Assembly: GCA_964016885.1 (NCBI GenBank)
Contig: CAXHJY010000511.1
Span: 95,909 to 159,908 of the forward strand
From: Eledone cirrhosa
Lineage: Eukaryota
DNA: 64,000 bases
Direction of reading: 5' to 3'
The notes under the pieces were generated by a model. The model did not search any database. It was not told the origin of the DNA and saw only the letters and a program-made list of their open reading frames with translations. This document shows, in pieces, positions 1-17,330 of this stretch. The position numbers and the translations under genes are program-made. Numbering within the stretch: the first letter of the stretch is position 1; every line of letters begins with the position of its first letter.

Positions 1-3604
<3,604 letters not shown>

Positions 3605-3609
<5 letters not shown>

Positions 3610-3748
3610 AACGAGTAGGACCCCGACGGCTGAGCTCAAGCCCAGCCGTCGGGGTCCTACTCGTTCCTATTACCCACTCTACTACCCTAAGTATTGAGTA
3701 CTTTGGTGCGTTATGGTCCACCTGGTTCCTTACCACATTTCCTTCGTT
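3605..3748. mobile_element. Fold-back element, family B
   Basis: Inverted repeat 3605-3670 plus tail tacccactctactaccctaagtattgagtac...ttcgtta between (TA)n tracts. Other copies at 6862-6917 (-), 41938-42180, 50107-50240, 50257-50440 and 50929-51123. Confidence 0.7.
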
Positions 3749-3761
3749 ATATATATATATA

Positions 3762-3804
<43 letters not shown>

Positions 3805-5016
3805 CGTCTGTTTGGTTTGTTGACACAACACAATAGTGCGTAACACAAATACACACCTCTAACACACACATACGTTCACTAACATACTCGTAAATGGCAC
3901 ACACACGCGCACACCCACACTCCCTCACTCCCCATGCACATCCATACACACGATTCCCCGCACATATTCACTGACACACACACACACACACACGACCCCT
4001 CTCCATATGCACCACCCCCTTCACACACACATTCTCTAACACACATGCCACCACCCACTCTCCATACGAACCCACACACACTCACATTTACCGACACACG
4101 TATTCACACACACACACATTCACTTATACACACACACACCTTCACTCATACACACGCACACTCATACACACACTATCTCACTATCGTATTGTTATCTGGT
4201 CTTGTGTGTGTAGTGATGATAATGATGATGATGATGATTCCCCCCCCCCCCCCCAAGGGGAGGCTATAATCGATTTAATCGATCCCTGTCAGCACTTGAT
4301 TGGTATTTATTTTATTGAGCCTTGAAACAGTGAAAGCTGGGATTCGAACTCTGAACATAAAGGGACATAACTATATATTTAGACAGTATTTTGTCTGCAT
4401 TATACATTGACAACCTATTGTTGCACTCCCTTTTTTTACTATTTAGTTAAGTTGGGGGAGCAAGGCTGGGCCCCTAATAACCTTTGTCCAAGCTTCTGGA
4501 GTTTCGGGTATTTTGGGCCCTCCCCTGGCCCCTGGTATTTCAATCTTTCATTAATACAGCAAAAAAAGCAACAACAAAAAAGCAACATACAACAAATCGA
4601 CAGGGCCCCTATTTCCTGCATCGACCCTAGGGATTAGTCAAGCCAGCTTTATGAATGATTACAGGGAAGGGCAGTGCCCATGACTTTCATTTGTGCCCCT
4701 TAGAGTGGTGGATGGGAGGAATATACTCTGAAACTGGAAAGCTGACTTAGATATTTGTACTCAGATGGCCGCCATTAAAGAAACCCAATAACCAGATTAA
4801 GTCTACCACTGGTGTTGGTGTTGGTGTTCTCTAACAATCACCTGCACAGGGCCACAAACTTTTCTGAGGAATGTCATCATCATCATCACCATCGTTTTAC
4901 GTCCATTCATTCACGCTAACACGGGTTGTCCAGTTGTGGGCAATGCCAGGTCAGGTGACCTTGTCTTGCTCTGATTTTGGCTTGATTTCTACAGCTGGAT
5001 GCCTTTCCTAACACCA

Positions 5017-5585
5017 ACCACTTTACAGTGTGGACTGGGTGCTTTTTTAACGTGTCTCCTACACGACCACTTTACAGTGTGGACTGGGTGCTTTTTATCA
5101 TGACACCTACATGACCACTTTACAGTGTGGACTGGGTGCTTTTTGTTGTGACACCTACACAACCACTTTACAGTGTGGACTGGGTGCTTTTTGTTGTGAC
5201 ATCTACATGACCACTTTACAGTGTGGACTGGATGCTTTTTGTCGTGACACCTACGCAACCACTTTACAGTGTGGACTGGGTGTTTTTTGTTGTGACCACT
5301 TTACAGTGTGGACTGGGTGCTTTTTGTTGTGACACCTACATGACCACTTTACAGTGTGGACTGGGTGCTTTTTGTTGTGACACCTACATGACTACTTTAC
5401 AGTGTGGACTGGGTGCTTTTTGTTGTGACACCTACATGACTACTTTACAGTGTGGACTGGGTGCTTTTTGTTGTGACACCTACATGACTACTTTACAGTG
5501 TGGACTGGGTGCTTTTTGTTGTGACACCTACATGACCACTTTACAGTGTGGGTTGGGTGCTTTATGTCGTGACACCTACACAACC
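5017..5585. repeat. 48-bp minisatellite inside a SINE-like element
   Basis: Unit accactttacagtgtggactgggtgctttttgttgtgacacctacatg, about 12 copies. Confidence 0.9.
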
Positions 5586-6415
5586 ACGAAGCCCCGCACT
5601 GGACCACGAAGCTCCGCACTGGACCACGAAGCTCCGCACTGGACCACGAAGCTCTGCACTGGACCACGAAGCTCCTCACTGGACCACGAAGCTTCCTCAG
5701 TCGGTCACAAACCTCTCCACTAGACCACAAAGCTCCTCACTAGACCACAAAGCCCCGCACTGGACCACGAAGCTCCGCACTGGACCACGAAGCTCCGCAC
5801 TGGACCACGAAGCTCCTCACTAGACCACAAAGCTCCTCACTGGATCACGAAGCTCCTCACTGGACCACGAAGCTCCTCACTAGACCACAAAGCTCCTCAC
5901 TGGACCACGAAGCTCCTCACTAGACCACAAAGCTCCTCACTAGACCACAAAGCTCCTCACTGGACCACGAAGCTCCTCACTGGACCACAAAGCTCCTCAC
6001 TAGACCACAAAGCTCCTCACTGGACCACGAAGCTCCTCACTAGACCACGAAGCTCCTCACTGGACCACGAAGCTTCCTCAGTCGGTCACAAACCTCTCCA
6101 CTAGACCACAAAGCTCCTCACTGGACCACGAAGCTCCTCACTAGACCACAAAGCTCCTCACTGGACCACGAAGCTCCTCACTAGACCACAAAGCTCCTCA
6201 CTGGACCACGAAGCTCCTCACTAGACCACAAAGCTCCTCACTGGACCACGAAGCTCCTCACTAGACCACAAAACTCCTCACTGGATCACAAAGCTTCCTC
6301 AGTCGGTCACAAACCTCTCCACTAGACCACAAAGCTCCTCACTAGACCACAATGACTCCCCACTGGACCTAAAGATCCCTACTAGACCACAAAGCTCCCC
6401 GCTAGACCACCAAGC
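5586..6415. repeat. 20-bp minisatellite
   Basis: Unit ctggaccacgaagctcctca, with a recurring variant tcagtcggtcacaaacctctcca. Confidence 0.9.
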
Positions 6416-6737
6416 TCTTCAGTGACCTCACAAAGGGCAACATCTTGAGAGAGATGGTAGAGATGTTAATATCAGATTCCATTACATCCCACTCAGTTCA
6501 TATCCTTCTGTAGTTTACTATATCGATCCTTAGAATGATGGTGGGGGTGGGAGGGGCGTGTATGTGGGGGTGCTAAAGTAATTGACAAATAATAGGAATT
6601 ACCTCTACTGATTCAATGGACTGTAACTTCCACTTGCTGAAAATTATTGTTGACTCCAGAAATAATCATTATTTTCACCAACAACTCTCCCTCTCTCTCT
6701 CTTTGTCAGTTTGTCTCTCTCTCTTTATATATATATA

Positions 6738-6805
<68 letters not shown>

Positions 6806-6915
6806 ATACACATGGACACACACACACATAGAAAGGGAGAGAAGGAAATTTATATATATATAACAAAGAGGGTGTGGTAAGATACCAGGTTGACCATAAC
6901 ACACCAGAGTACTCA

Positions 6916-7008
<93 letters not shown>

Positions 7009-7104
7009 ACTATCAATCTGGTCAATCATAGGTAAATAAAAAGCCTGTCTATAAATTCATTTTATCCACTCAACTTCCAATGGTTTGAAGCAAGATTGGT
7101 TGAG

Positions 7105-7730
7105 TGTTTGTTGTTTGGTTGGTTGGTTGGTTAGTTAACTATTTGGTTGTTTGGTTGGTTGGTTGGTTAGTTAACTATTTGGTTGGTTGGTTGGTTGGTT
7201 GGTTGGTTGTTTGGTTGTTTGGTTGTTTGGTTGGTTGTTTGGTTGGCTAGTTAACTATTTGGTTGGTTGGTTGGTTGTTTGGTTGGCTAGTTAACTATTT
7301 GGTTGGTTAGTTGGTTGTTTGGTTGGCTAGTTAACTATTTGGTTGGTTGGTTGGTTGTTTGGTTGGCTAGTTAACTATTTGGTTGGTTAGTTGGTTGTTT
7401 GGTTGGCTAGTTAACTATTTGGTTGGTTGGTTGGTTGTTTGGTTGGCTAGTTAACTATTTGGTTGGTTAGTTGGTTGTTTGGTTGTCTAGTTAACTATTT
7501 GGTTGGTTGGTTGTTTCGTTGGCTAGTTAACTATTTGGTTGGTTAGTTGGTTGTTTGGTTGGCTAGTTAACTATTTGGTTGGTTAGTTGGTTGTTTGGTT
7601 GGCTAGTTAACTATTTGGTTGGTTAGTTGGTTGTTTGGTTGGCTAGTTAACTATTTGGTTGGTTAGTTGGTTGTTTGGTTGGCTAGTTAACTATTTGGTT
7701 TGTTGGTTTGTTGGTTGGTTGGTTGGTTTA
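7105..7730. repeat. GGTT-based ~40-bp repeat
   Basis: Unit ggttggctagttaactatttggttggttagttggttgttt. Confidence 0.9.
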
Positions 7731-8509
7731 ATGGTTGAATGGATGTCCATACCAATGCATTCTTCTCTCTAGTACACACCTGATTCCTCTTTATGCCCAG
7801 CTTTTCTCTCACTTCATCCACACTCAGCCATTCATCCACACCACCATTACACATCCAACGAATTATATTTGCTTCATTTCTCTTCAGCCTCTGTATAATC
7901 CTATGTATTTACTGCTCATATCTCACTACCATGCAACATTGCACTTCTCACACAAGCATCATACAATCTACCCATTGCTTGTAGAGAAAATCCCTTCGTT
8001 GTCAACAAAGTTAGTAGTTCCCTAAACCTGTTCCCAGCTTTTTCTAGCTACTATGCTTTCAAAGGAACCACCTTTGCTACTAATTGTATGTATGTATGGT
8101 CCCATAACTCCTGACAGAGTCATAAGGGGTGCTGTATCGACATACGCCGTTTCTTGGGCATTTTAAGCCTGGTGGGCCCATCCCCCTCCAGGCCTGAGTA
8201 CAGCAGATTTCTTCTTGAGAGAGAGGAAAGAGAGAGAGAGGAAGAATCGACCCCAAGTTCTTGACTGATACTTTTTTTACTGCCCTCAAAAGGATGAAAG
8301 GCAAAGTTGACCTCAGCATGATTTGAACTCAGAGAGCTGGAATGAATACTTTTCCTGTATATTGAGCAGAGCAACTTCCTTGATGGGATCTGAGTCTTGT
8401 CCTCTTTACTTCTTACCAAAACTTTAGTCTTTGCTAGGTTTTCTCAGAACCCTTTTTATTCTAAGTTCCTGCTTTATCCAGAACAGGATAATCAAAAGCT
8501 CTTCCACAG

Positions 8510-8547
<38 letters not shown>

Positions 8548-9673
8548 TTCATTTCATCATTTCATTTTACGTCCGCCTTTCCCTGCTTGCAAGGGTGGGA
8601 CGGGAACTGATTCCGGCTTGATTTCTACAGCTGGATGCCCTTCCTAACACCAACCTCATTTACAGTGAGTGCTGGGTGCTTTTTTGCCGTGGCACCTCCA
8701 CGTCCACTTTGCAGTGGAATGATCATCTCATTTCTACAGCTGAGTAAACTGGAGCAATGTGAAATAAAGTGTCTTGCTCAAGGAAACAACATATCACCCG
8801 GTCTGAGATATATATGTAGATTGTCTCTAGTTCTAAGTTTTGATATGTCTTAGTGCACACTTATGTGTGTATGAATATATTTCAATCACTTTCTTATAAT
8901 GATTAAGGCTTGATTTTATTCTCTGAATTCTATCTTGAGCTGTTTTTAGAGACAAGACTTATGTTTGATTTTGTATCATTCATGACACCTTTTACTTTTA
9001 CTTTGAAAGTAATAATAATAATATATATATATATATATTTATATATACACACACACACAAGGTAGGCTTCATACCTATCAGTTTCACTAACAATTCATTG
9101 GACAGCCTGAAGCTAGAGGGTTTGTGATACTTGCCCAAGATGCCATGCAGTGGAGAGGAGGTGGGGGTTCGAAGCTGGGCCCTAATGATTGCAAAGCAAG
9201 CTCTTTAACCATCTGGCCATGTAAGTAGGGGTAAAGACCCCCTTCGGTCACGAATGACCATGGGATTTGCACCTAGAGAGTTCCCCTCCGAGGCACAAGT
9301 CCGGGCAAGGTTGTTTGTGAAAGACCAGCAGTCGCCCATGTATACCAGTCTCCCCTCTCCACGCTACTGATGTTGTCCAAAGGAAAGGTAATGGCCGATA
9401 CAGCTTGGCACAAGAGACATCACAACTCGTATATTCACTATATACACACTATGTACAGTATATATGCTATGGAAAGGCTATGGCCGATACAACTTGGCAC
9501 CAGTGACATCGCAACTCATTTCTACAGCTGAGTAAACCGGAGCAACACGAGTCCAAGAATCAAACTCACAACCTTCCGATTGCAAGCCCAATGCTCTAAC
9601 CACTAAGCCATGCCTTCACCAAAGTATAGACATAATTAAGCCCTAGATTTCTAAGCTGGGATTTCTGGGTTAA

Positions 9674-9891
9674 CTCTTTAGCATTTAAACCGGCCGTATC
9701 CGGCCAGAATTCTCTCACCTCTTTCTGTTCAAACCCGCTGCAACTGGCTGTTCACACTTATATTTAGGTATTTTCAAAATAAATAACATCAAAATTTCAT
9801 AGATTCAATATTATATGAGATATTATGTAAAATAAAGCCTTTACCGCAAAAATACCAATAATATATATAGAGTAATGAGAATGCTAAAGGG
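9674..9891. mobile_element. piggyBac-like MITE (TTAA target duplication)
   Basis: TTAA|CTCTTTAGCATT...AATGCTAAAGGG|TTAA; five homologous copies in the window. Confidence 0.75.
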
Positions 9892-10009
9892 TTAAAAGCT
9901 ACAGGTATGACGGTGATACTTTCTCTACAAACTTGATAAGGAAGCCATCCTATAGCAGATGAAACAGATTGTCTTTCTCTTGACACACAATATAACTACA
10001 ATTCAGTGA

Positions 10010-10575
10010 CATACTACTACTACTGCTACTACTACTACTGCTATTACAACTACTACTACTACTACTGCTGCTGCTGCTACTGTTACTACTACTACTTCGA
10101 CTACTACCGCTTCTGCTACTGTTACTACTACTACTTCAACTACTATAACTGCTGCTACTACTGCTACTACCACCATAACTACTGCCTCTACTACTACTAC
10201 CACTACCGCTGCTGCTACTACTACCACTACTGTTACTACTGCTGTTGCTACTATTACTACTACTACTACCTCTACTGCTGCTGCTGCTGCTGCCACTACT
10301 ACTACTGCTGCTGCTACTACTACTAGTACTACCACTGCCACTGCTGCTACCATTGCTACTACTACTACCACTACTGCTGCTACTACTAGTAGTACTACCA
10401 CTACCACTGCTACTACTACTACCACTACCACTGCTACTACCACTACCACTACTACTGCCACTACCACCACTGCTGCTGTTGTTACTACTACTACTATTAC
10501 TACTACTGTCACTACCACTGCTACTACTACTACTACTAGTAGTACTACCACTGCCACTGCTGCTGCTGCTACTAC
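10010..10575. repeat. Degenerate (TAC/TGC)n trinucleotide tract
   Basis: Directly visible. Confidence 0.9.
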
Positions 10576-10892
10576 TGATCAAACTTTTCCCAATTTAATC
10601 CTAATCGTGTTTAATCTTAATTAATTAATGTTAATTCTTACCCCCCTCCTTCCTCTTCATTAACAATCCAAAAGATTAATTATTTCTCTTCATTGGACAC
10701 TCCATATTTCACAGTATTTAGCTTTTATTTTACTTTTTCTCTGACTCTGTGTGTGTGTTTATATTTGTGAGTGTGTTTGTGTGTGTGTATTTGTGTGAGT
10801 GTGTGTTTGTGTGTATTTATGTGCATGTGTGTGTTTATGTGGATGTATGTATGTATATCATTGTTCATCATTGTATAACATCTGCTTACCCT

Positions 10893-10947
<55 letters not shown>

Positions 10948-11569
10948 GTTGAAAAAATATATATATATATATATATATATGTGGGAAAACCCCCGTCCAA
11001 ACCCATGCAAGCGTGGAACACGGACGCTAAACCTGATGATGATGATGATGATATATATATATGACAGTTGAAAATTGCAAACTTGACTGTCACCACACAT
11101 TATACTACCATACTATTTCATTATAATACCATTATAAATTTTAAAGGATTGTAAATAAAACGAGTAAATCGGACAAAGTTGGAATTCCTTTTATTAATAT
11201 AATCTTCTATACACAATCATACACACCCCTGTATATTTATCTATCTATATATATATATATATGTAAATATGATAATAATGGAACTGCGGCGCTGCAAATG
11301 GGTTACATATGAAAAAGTTTGTCCTCATCAGTGGCCATCCAACCGTCGTAGGCATTTTGTCGCATTAAAGGCCATATACCTCAGGTTGGTGCGAGCAACG
11401 GCTATATATATATACCTCTCCCTAACGCACGTGCATATATATATATATATATATATAATGATTACAAGTTTGAAGTAATATATATATATATATCGGGACA
11501 GTATATAGAAAGGATATATTAGGATAACGGCTTGATACAGCAGATATATATATATATGTCATGTACGAA

Positions 11570-12290
11570 TACTCTCCAGCGGTCTCTGTCCCTCATCATC
11601 GCTGCCATGTCCTGCGTCTCCAAGAGACCAGTGTCTGTCCTTAGGGCATCAACATATGTCTACCTCAGTCTCCCTCTTCTAGTGTGTCCATGCAGGGCCT
11701 CCCACAGGAGCACTGAGTGCAGTGTCAACTCTGGATGTCGGTGAGCATGTCCAGCTAACCTCACTCTCCTCTGTGCTACTCTCCAGCTGACTTTTGGGAA
11801 GCCGCTAGAATTGGTTGAGGACTTCCTGCCTTTGGTAGCAAAGATTGGGAATACGGAAGATGATGTGGTTGAGAGGAAGAGCAAAGCCTGGGCAGCGTGC
11901 CACAGTTTGAGATCGGCGTGGAAGTCAGATCTTCGTAAAGACCTGAAGATCCGTCTCTTCATTAATGTAGAGGAGTCTGTGCTGCTGTACGGGTCTGAGA
12001 CTTGGACACTGACCAAGAAACTCACTCAGATGGTGGATGGGTGCTACACGAGAATGCTGAGGATGGCTCTGAACATTAATCAGTATACACTGAGGATGAA
12101 GAACTCAGAGCTGTGTGGGAGCATCCCAAAAGTCAGCTCAAAAGTGACACAGAGGAGACTGAGGTTAGCTGGACATGCTCACCGACATCCAGAGTTGACA
12201 TTGCACTCAGTGCTCCTTTGGGAGCCCCTACATGGACACACTAGAAGAGGAAGACCAAGGTTAACGTATGTTGATGCCCCCCACAAAAAA
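11570..12290. mobile_element. RTE-like LINE 3' fragment with an inverted segment
   Basis: Plus ORF 11811-12290 reads KIRLFINVEESVLLYGSETWTLTK...RRLRLAGH...RRGRPRLTYVD (post-RT region). 11570-11800 is the same 3' end on the - strand. Another fragment lies at 49228-49355. Confidence 0.8.
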
Positions 12291-12980
12291 TATATATACC
12301 CCTCCCTAACACACAAGCATGCATATATATAAATATATATATGCACGTGTGTTAGGGAGGGGAATTCCTGAAATCCTGTAATCAAACATTCAATGCCATA
12401 TTTACTGGTTTATTACTCCAGTGCATTATAAAGTACCAGTAATGTACTGGGTTAATTGCTGGCCTTGTGCCAAATGTAGAAACATTATTATTATTATTAT
12501 TATGAGGGCGGTGGATTGGCAGTATCAGTAGAGGGTCGGACGCTATGCTTTGCAGCATAGAGTTATGGCTCTTTACGGTCTGAGCTCAAATCCCGCCGAA
12601 GTTAACTTTGCCTTTCATCCTTATGGGGTCGATAAAATAAAGTACCAGTCACGCACTGGGGTCGATTTAATCGACTTTCCCCTCCCCCCAAATTGATGGC
12701 CTTGTGCTTATATAAGAAACCATTATTATGCTCCATCCATTAGCATATTTTCTCACCTTGGTTACCAATGAGTGATATTCATAACAGGGACTCGTTATTA
12801 GATTTGCTATCTCTATTGATTCAGTCTGAAAGCATATCTTGATATTGGCTAATATTTTTATTTTATTTTATTTTATTTTATTTTATTTTATTTTATTTTA
12901 TTTTATTTTATTTTATTTTATTTTTATTTTTATTTTTATTTTTATTTTTATTTTTATTTTTATTTTTATTTTTATTTTTA

Positions 12981-13011
<31 letters not shown>

Positions 13012-13371
13012 TTATTTTTATTGTATTTTAAATATATTTTATGAGATATATTTGTCAATCCTGAAAAATTGTTTCACAGCAACAAATATGGTTGTGTGGA
13101 TTGTTGTTGTTTTTATAGTTGCATTTAAAAAAAATTCTATTTGTTGTTTTACTTGTTGTTGTTGTTGTTTTTGTTGATTAACTTTATTGTTTGCTTTATT
13201 TGTTTCCCTGATATGGCCGAATAGTTAAGAAGTTAGCTTTGCAATTATAAGGTCTTGGGTTTGATATCACCACATGCAGTATCTTGGTCAAGTGTCTGAT
13301 ATTATAGACTCAGTTTGGCCCAAATGATGTGGAAAAAAACTCCTTTTATTATTATTATTATTATTATTATT

Positions 13372-13590
13372 AGGGCGGTGGATTGGCAGTATCGGTGGAG
13401 GGTCGGACGCCATGCTTTGCAGCATAGAGTTACGGCTCTTTATGATCTGAGCTCAAATCCCGCCGAGGTTAACTTTGCCTTTCATCCTTATGGGGTTGAT
13501 AAAATAATATACCAGTCGCGCACTGGGGTCGATTTAATCGACTTTCCCCTCCCCCCAAATTACTGGCCTTGTGCCTATATAAGAAACCAT
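13372..13590 (+). mobile_element. tRNA-derived SINE (representative copy)
   Basis: A-box-like tggcagtatcggt, B-box-like gagctcaaatccc (gagttcaaatccc in other copies), conserved body gttaactttgcctttcatccttatggggtcgataaaat..taccag, (att)n tail. Copies at about 12505, 13610, 17917, 21152, 37040, 51840-52260 and 53872, and on the - strand near 4300, 8280 and 44720. Confidence 0.8.
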
Positions 13591-14700
13591 TATTATTATT
13601 ATTATTCTAGATTGGCAGAATCGGTAGAGCGCCAGACATGTTCTTCATCATATAGTTTCGGCCCTTTCTGTTCTGAGTTCAAATCCCGCCAAAGTTAACT
13701 TAGCCTTTCATCCTTATGGGGTCGATAAAGTAAAGTACCAGTAATGCACTGGGGTCTCTTTAATAGACTTTCCTCCCCCCCCCAAAAAAAAAATTCCTGG
13801 CCTTGTGCCTATAGTAGAAACAATTATTCTTCTTCTCCCACTTATTCCTGAGAGGGTCTTGGGGGCAGAGCCTTCAAAAACTCCTTCCAGCGGGTCCTGT
13901 CAGAAGCAACCGTCTCCAACTGATCCAGTTGGATCTCCAAGTCAGACCAGCCAAGTTCATGGATGTTATCCAACCATCTTGCTCAGGGTCTACCTCTGGT
14001 TCTCCTGCCGGTTGGTTTTGCCCGTACAATCTGTCCAGCGATTATTTCCTGAGACATTCTAACCACATGTCCATAGTATCGGATCTGTGATCTCTCAATT
14101 TGGAGAAGTAGAAAATATCTTTAAAATGGGTTTATTAATTCTAATATTTATAGTATCTTTACTCCTGCCAAGACTTTTATGAAATTTTGCAGCAATATTT
14201 CTTAACATTCTGTAATGATTTTGTAGAAAATATCTAAAAATAGGTTTGTTAATTCAAATGTTTACATTTGAACCGACTACATCCAGCCAGAATTCGCTCA
14301 CCTCTTTCTGTTCAAACCAGCCATAACCGGTTGCTCATACTGATGTTAAGGTGTTGTTCTCAAAATAAATAATATCAAAATCTCATAGATTCGATATTAT
14401 GTGAAATAATTATGTGAAATAAAGTGATTACCATGAAAATACAATAGTAAATATAGAGTAATGTAAATGCTAAAGGGTTAAAATAGGTATACTATATCCC
14501 TTTGTGTCGTAAAAGGTAATTAAAAAGGTTAGCACTAGGAAGGGCATCCTACTATCTCAAAAAAGATTCCATATAATTTTGTTGTTGTTGTTGACTACTA
14601 AAAATATTGAATCCCATGCTAGTATGGAATACAAACATTAAATGATGATGATGATGATGATGATATATGTACTAAATCTTTTCTTTTTCTTTTTTTTCAG

Positions 14701-15669
14701 TTCCTGAAATTAATTTTGTAGAGGATGCTTATAATATTTCTGTTGAAGGAGACTTGGCAGAGCTGGCAGGAACCTCTGCTGACAGCAGCTTCTATCTCAA
14801 TGATATGACCAAACTCTCAGTAGACAAAGACAAAACTAAAAAACAAACCACAAATCTTGATACAGTCATAAATATTTCTGAAGGAAGGCAGAGACATTTA
14901 GCTCCAGAAGAAAGCAACACAACTTCAGGTGATCTTCATCATATTGAAGGGGCCAAAACTGAATCATTGGTGATGACCCTTACACAAGAACAAGAAATGG
15001 ATGGGTATTCGGACTCTAAGAGAAAGCAAGCCGGAAAGCCTACTAATCGAGGTAGTGGTGAAATACCTCTCATAGAAAATGTCAATAAACAGACACGGCT
15101 TGTCTATTCACAGAAAACTGGCAGCCTAAATTCTTTAAACAGTCCTCAGTATGTGAACATTGATTCATTTCAAAACTCATTTGAAATGGAAGACCGAGGC
15201 CCCCACCGAGAAATGGCAGTCGACTGTCCAGAAAATTTTATTGGCACTGTAAAGTCTACTCCTCGATATCCACCGCCACCATCTTTGACCCCTGTTAAAT
15301 CTAGAATATACTCTCCACCCCAGTCTGCTAGTAACTCCAGGGAGAATCTGTCAAATGAAAGCTCCTATAACAACAGCAGTACATTACCACAGCGACTACC
15401 AACTCAAGAGGAACTACAACGTGCCCAGAAGCATCAGGAATACCTCAACAAAAGAAAAGAGGAAGAGGCTCGCCTTGAACGAGAAAATGAGTTCTTGCGG
15501 AAATCTCTTCGAGAATCTCAAAAGCTGCGAGCTTTGGAAAACACACAACAGCTGGCCAAACCGCCAACTGGATACGTCAATACAGGCTTTGCCGAAGATA
15601 CCACCGACAACACTGTACCTATTACATCTAATCAAACTAGCAAACATGACTTCATGACAAAAAATATCA
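14701..15669 (+). CDS. PALS1: PALS1/MPP5/Stardust exon 1 in window (N-terminal region with ECR1 motif and coiled coil)
   Basis: Polypyrimidine acceptor tttttttcag ends at 14700 and donor A|gtaagt starts at 15670. The frame is open from 14703 with the first in-frame ATG at 14805. Encodes PHREMAVDCPENF (the PALS1/Stardust Par6-binding motif) and a charged helical stretch ENEFLRKSLRESQKLRALE. Confidence 0.9.
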
Positions 15670-16061
15670 GTAAGTTGTTTTATATTATTTTATTATATTT
15701 TTTACTGTTCAAACTCCTGCTAATTGGGTTAAATGATGATGATTGTGATATAATGTCAAATGATGATGATGATGATTGTGATATAGCATCAAATGATGCT
15801 TGTGATTGTGATATAGCATCAAATGATGATGATGATGATGATTGTGATATAATATCAAATGATGATGATGATGATGATGATGATTGTGATATATCATAAA
15901 ATGATGATGATGATAATACATCATCATCATCATCGTTTAACGTCCACTTTCCACGCTAGCATGGATTAGACAGGTTGTCCCATTTGAGGCAAGTTACCAT
16001 GTCTTGCTCATATAGAATTATTTCTGGCTAGATTTTTACATCTGGATGCCCTTCATAACAC

Positions 16062-16697
16062 CAACCACATTTACAGTGTGTACTGGGTGATTTTTGTTGT
16101 GACACCTACACAACCACTTTACAGTGTGTACTGGGTGATTTTTGTTGTGACACCTACACAACCACTTTACAGTGTGTACTGGGTGCTTTTTGTCGTGACA
16201 CCTACGCAACCACTTTACAGTGTGGACTGGGTACTTTTTGTCGTGACACCTACACAACCACTTTACAGTGTGGTCTGGGTACTTTTTGTCGTGACACCTA
16301 CACAACCACTTTACAGTGTGGTCTGGGTACTTTTTGTCGTGACACCTACACAACCACTTTACAGTGTGGTCTGGGTGCTTTTTGTCGTGACACCTACACA
16401 ACCACTTTACAGAGTGGTCTGGGTACTTTTTGTCGTGACACCTACACAACCACTTTACAGTGTGGTCTGGGTACTTTTTGTCGTGACACCTACACAACCA
16501 CTTTACAGTGTGGTCTAGGTGCTTTTTGTCGTGACACCTACACAACCACTTTACAGAGTGTGCTGGGTGTTTTTTATTGTGACACTTACACAACCACTTT
16601 ACAGTGTGGTCTAGGTGCTTTTTGTCGTGACACCTACACAACCACTTTACAGAGTGTGCTGGGTGTTTTTTATTGTGACACTTACACAACCACTTTA
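16062..16697. repeat. 48-bp minisatellite, same unit family as 5017
   Basis: accactttacagtgtggtctgggtactttttgtcgtgacacctacaca, about 13 copies. An inverse copy lies at 20420-20700. Confidence 0.9.
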
Positions 16698-17299
16698 CAC
16701 ATAAATATATTTATTTTTATTGCTGACACTGGTGACACTGATGATGGTGGTGGTGGTGGTGGTGGTGGTGGTGTTGGGGATGGTGGTGGTGGGGATGGTG
16801 AGGATGGCAGGTTAATCTCAACTGTAGAAACTAATCACAAAAGAAGATTAGTCCAGGTGAAACTGATTTGTTTGCTTTTATTAATGTACCTGTATTGTGT
16901 AGACGTCTGTGTGTGTGGATGGATGTGTGTGTAGTATATGTATGTGTGTGTGTCTGTATGTGACATAATAAAATCGGGTAATATATGAAGGGGGGGGGGG
17001 GGATCCATAATTAATTTGAGAGGGGCATCAGTGTGTGTATGTGTGTGTGTGACTCTCTCTCTCTATATATATATGTCTGTGTGTGTATATATATATATAT
17101 ATATGTGTGTGTCTGTGTGTGTGTATATATATATATATGTGTGTGTGTATTTATATATATATGTGTGTATATATATGTGTGTGTATATACATATTTATAT
17201 ATATATGTATGTCTGTGTGTGTATATATATATATATATATATGTGTGTATATATATATATATGTGTATATATATGTGTGTATATATATATACATATATA

Positions 17300-17330
<31 letters not shown>

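Noticed and set aside
10003-10598. Poly-Val, poly-Ser and poly-Leu ORFs
   Set aside because: Trinucleotide repeat open in multiple frames, with no splice or homology support.
12505-12600. tRNA gene
   Set aside because: A- and B-box-like motifs belong to a multi-copy SINE head; no full cloverleaf.
15670-15899. Hydrophobic and acidic C-terminus of ORF 14754-15899 (apparent transmembrane segment)
   Set aside because: Intron read-through past the gtaagt donor at 15670 into (gat)n repeats.
16036-16689. Cys/His-rich periodic ORF resembling a zinc-finger array
   Set aside because: Translation of the 48-bp SINE-derived minisatellite; open in several frames.
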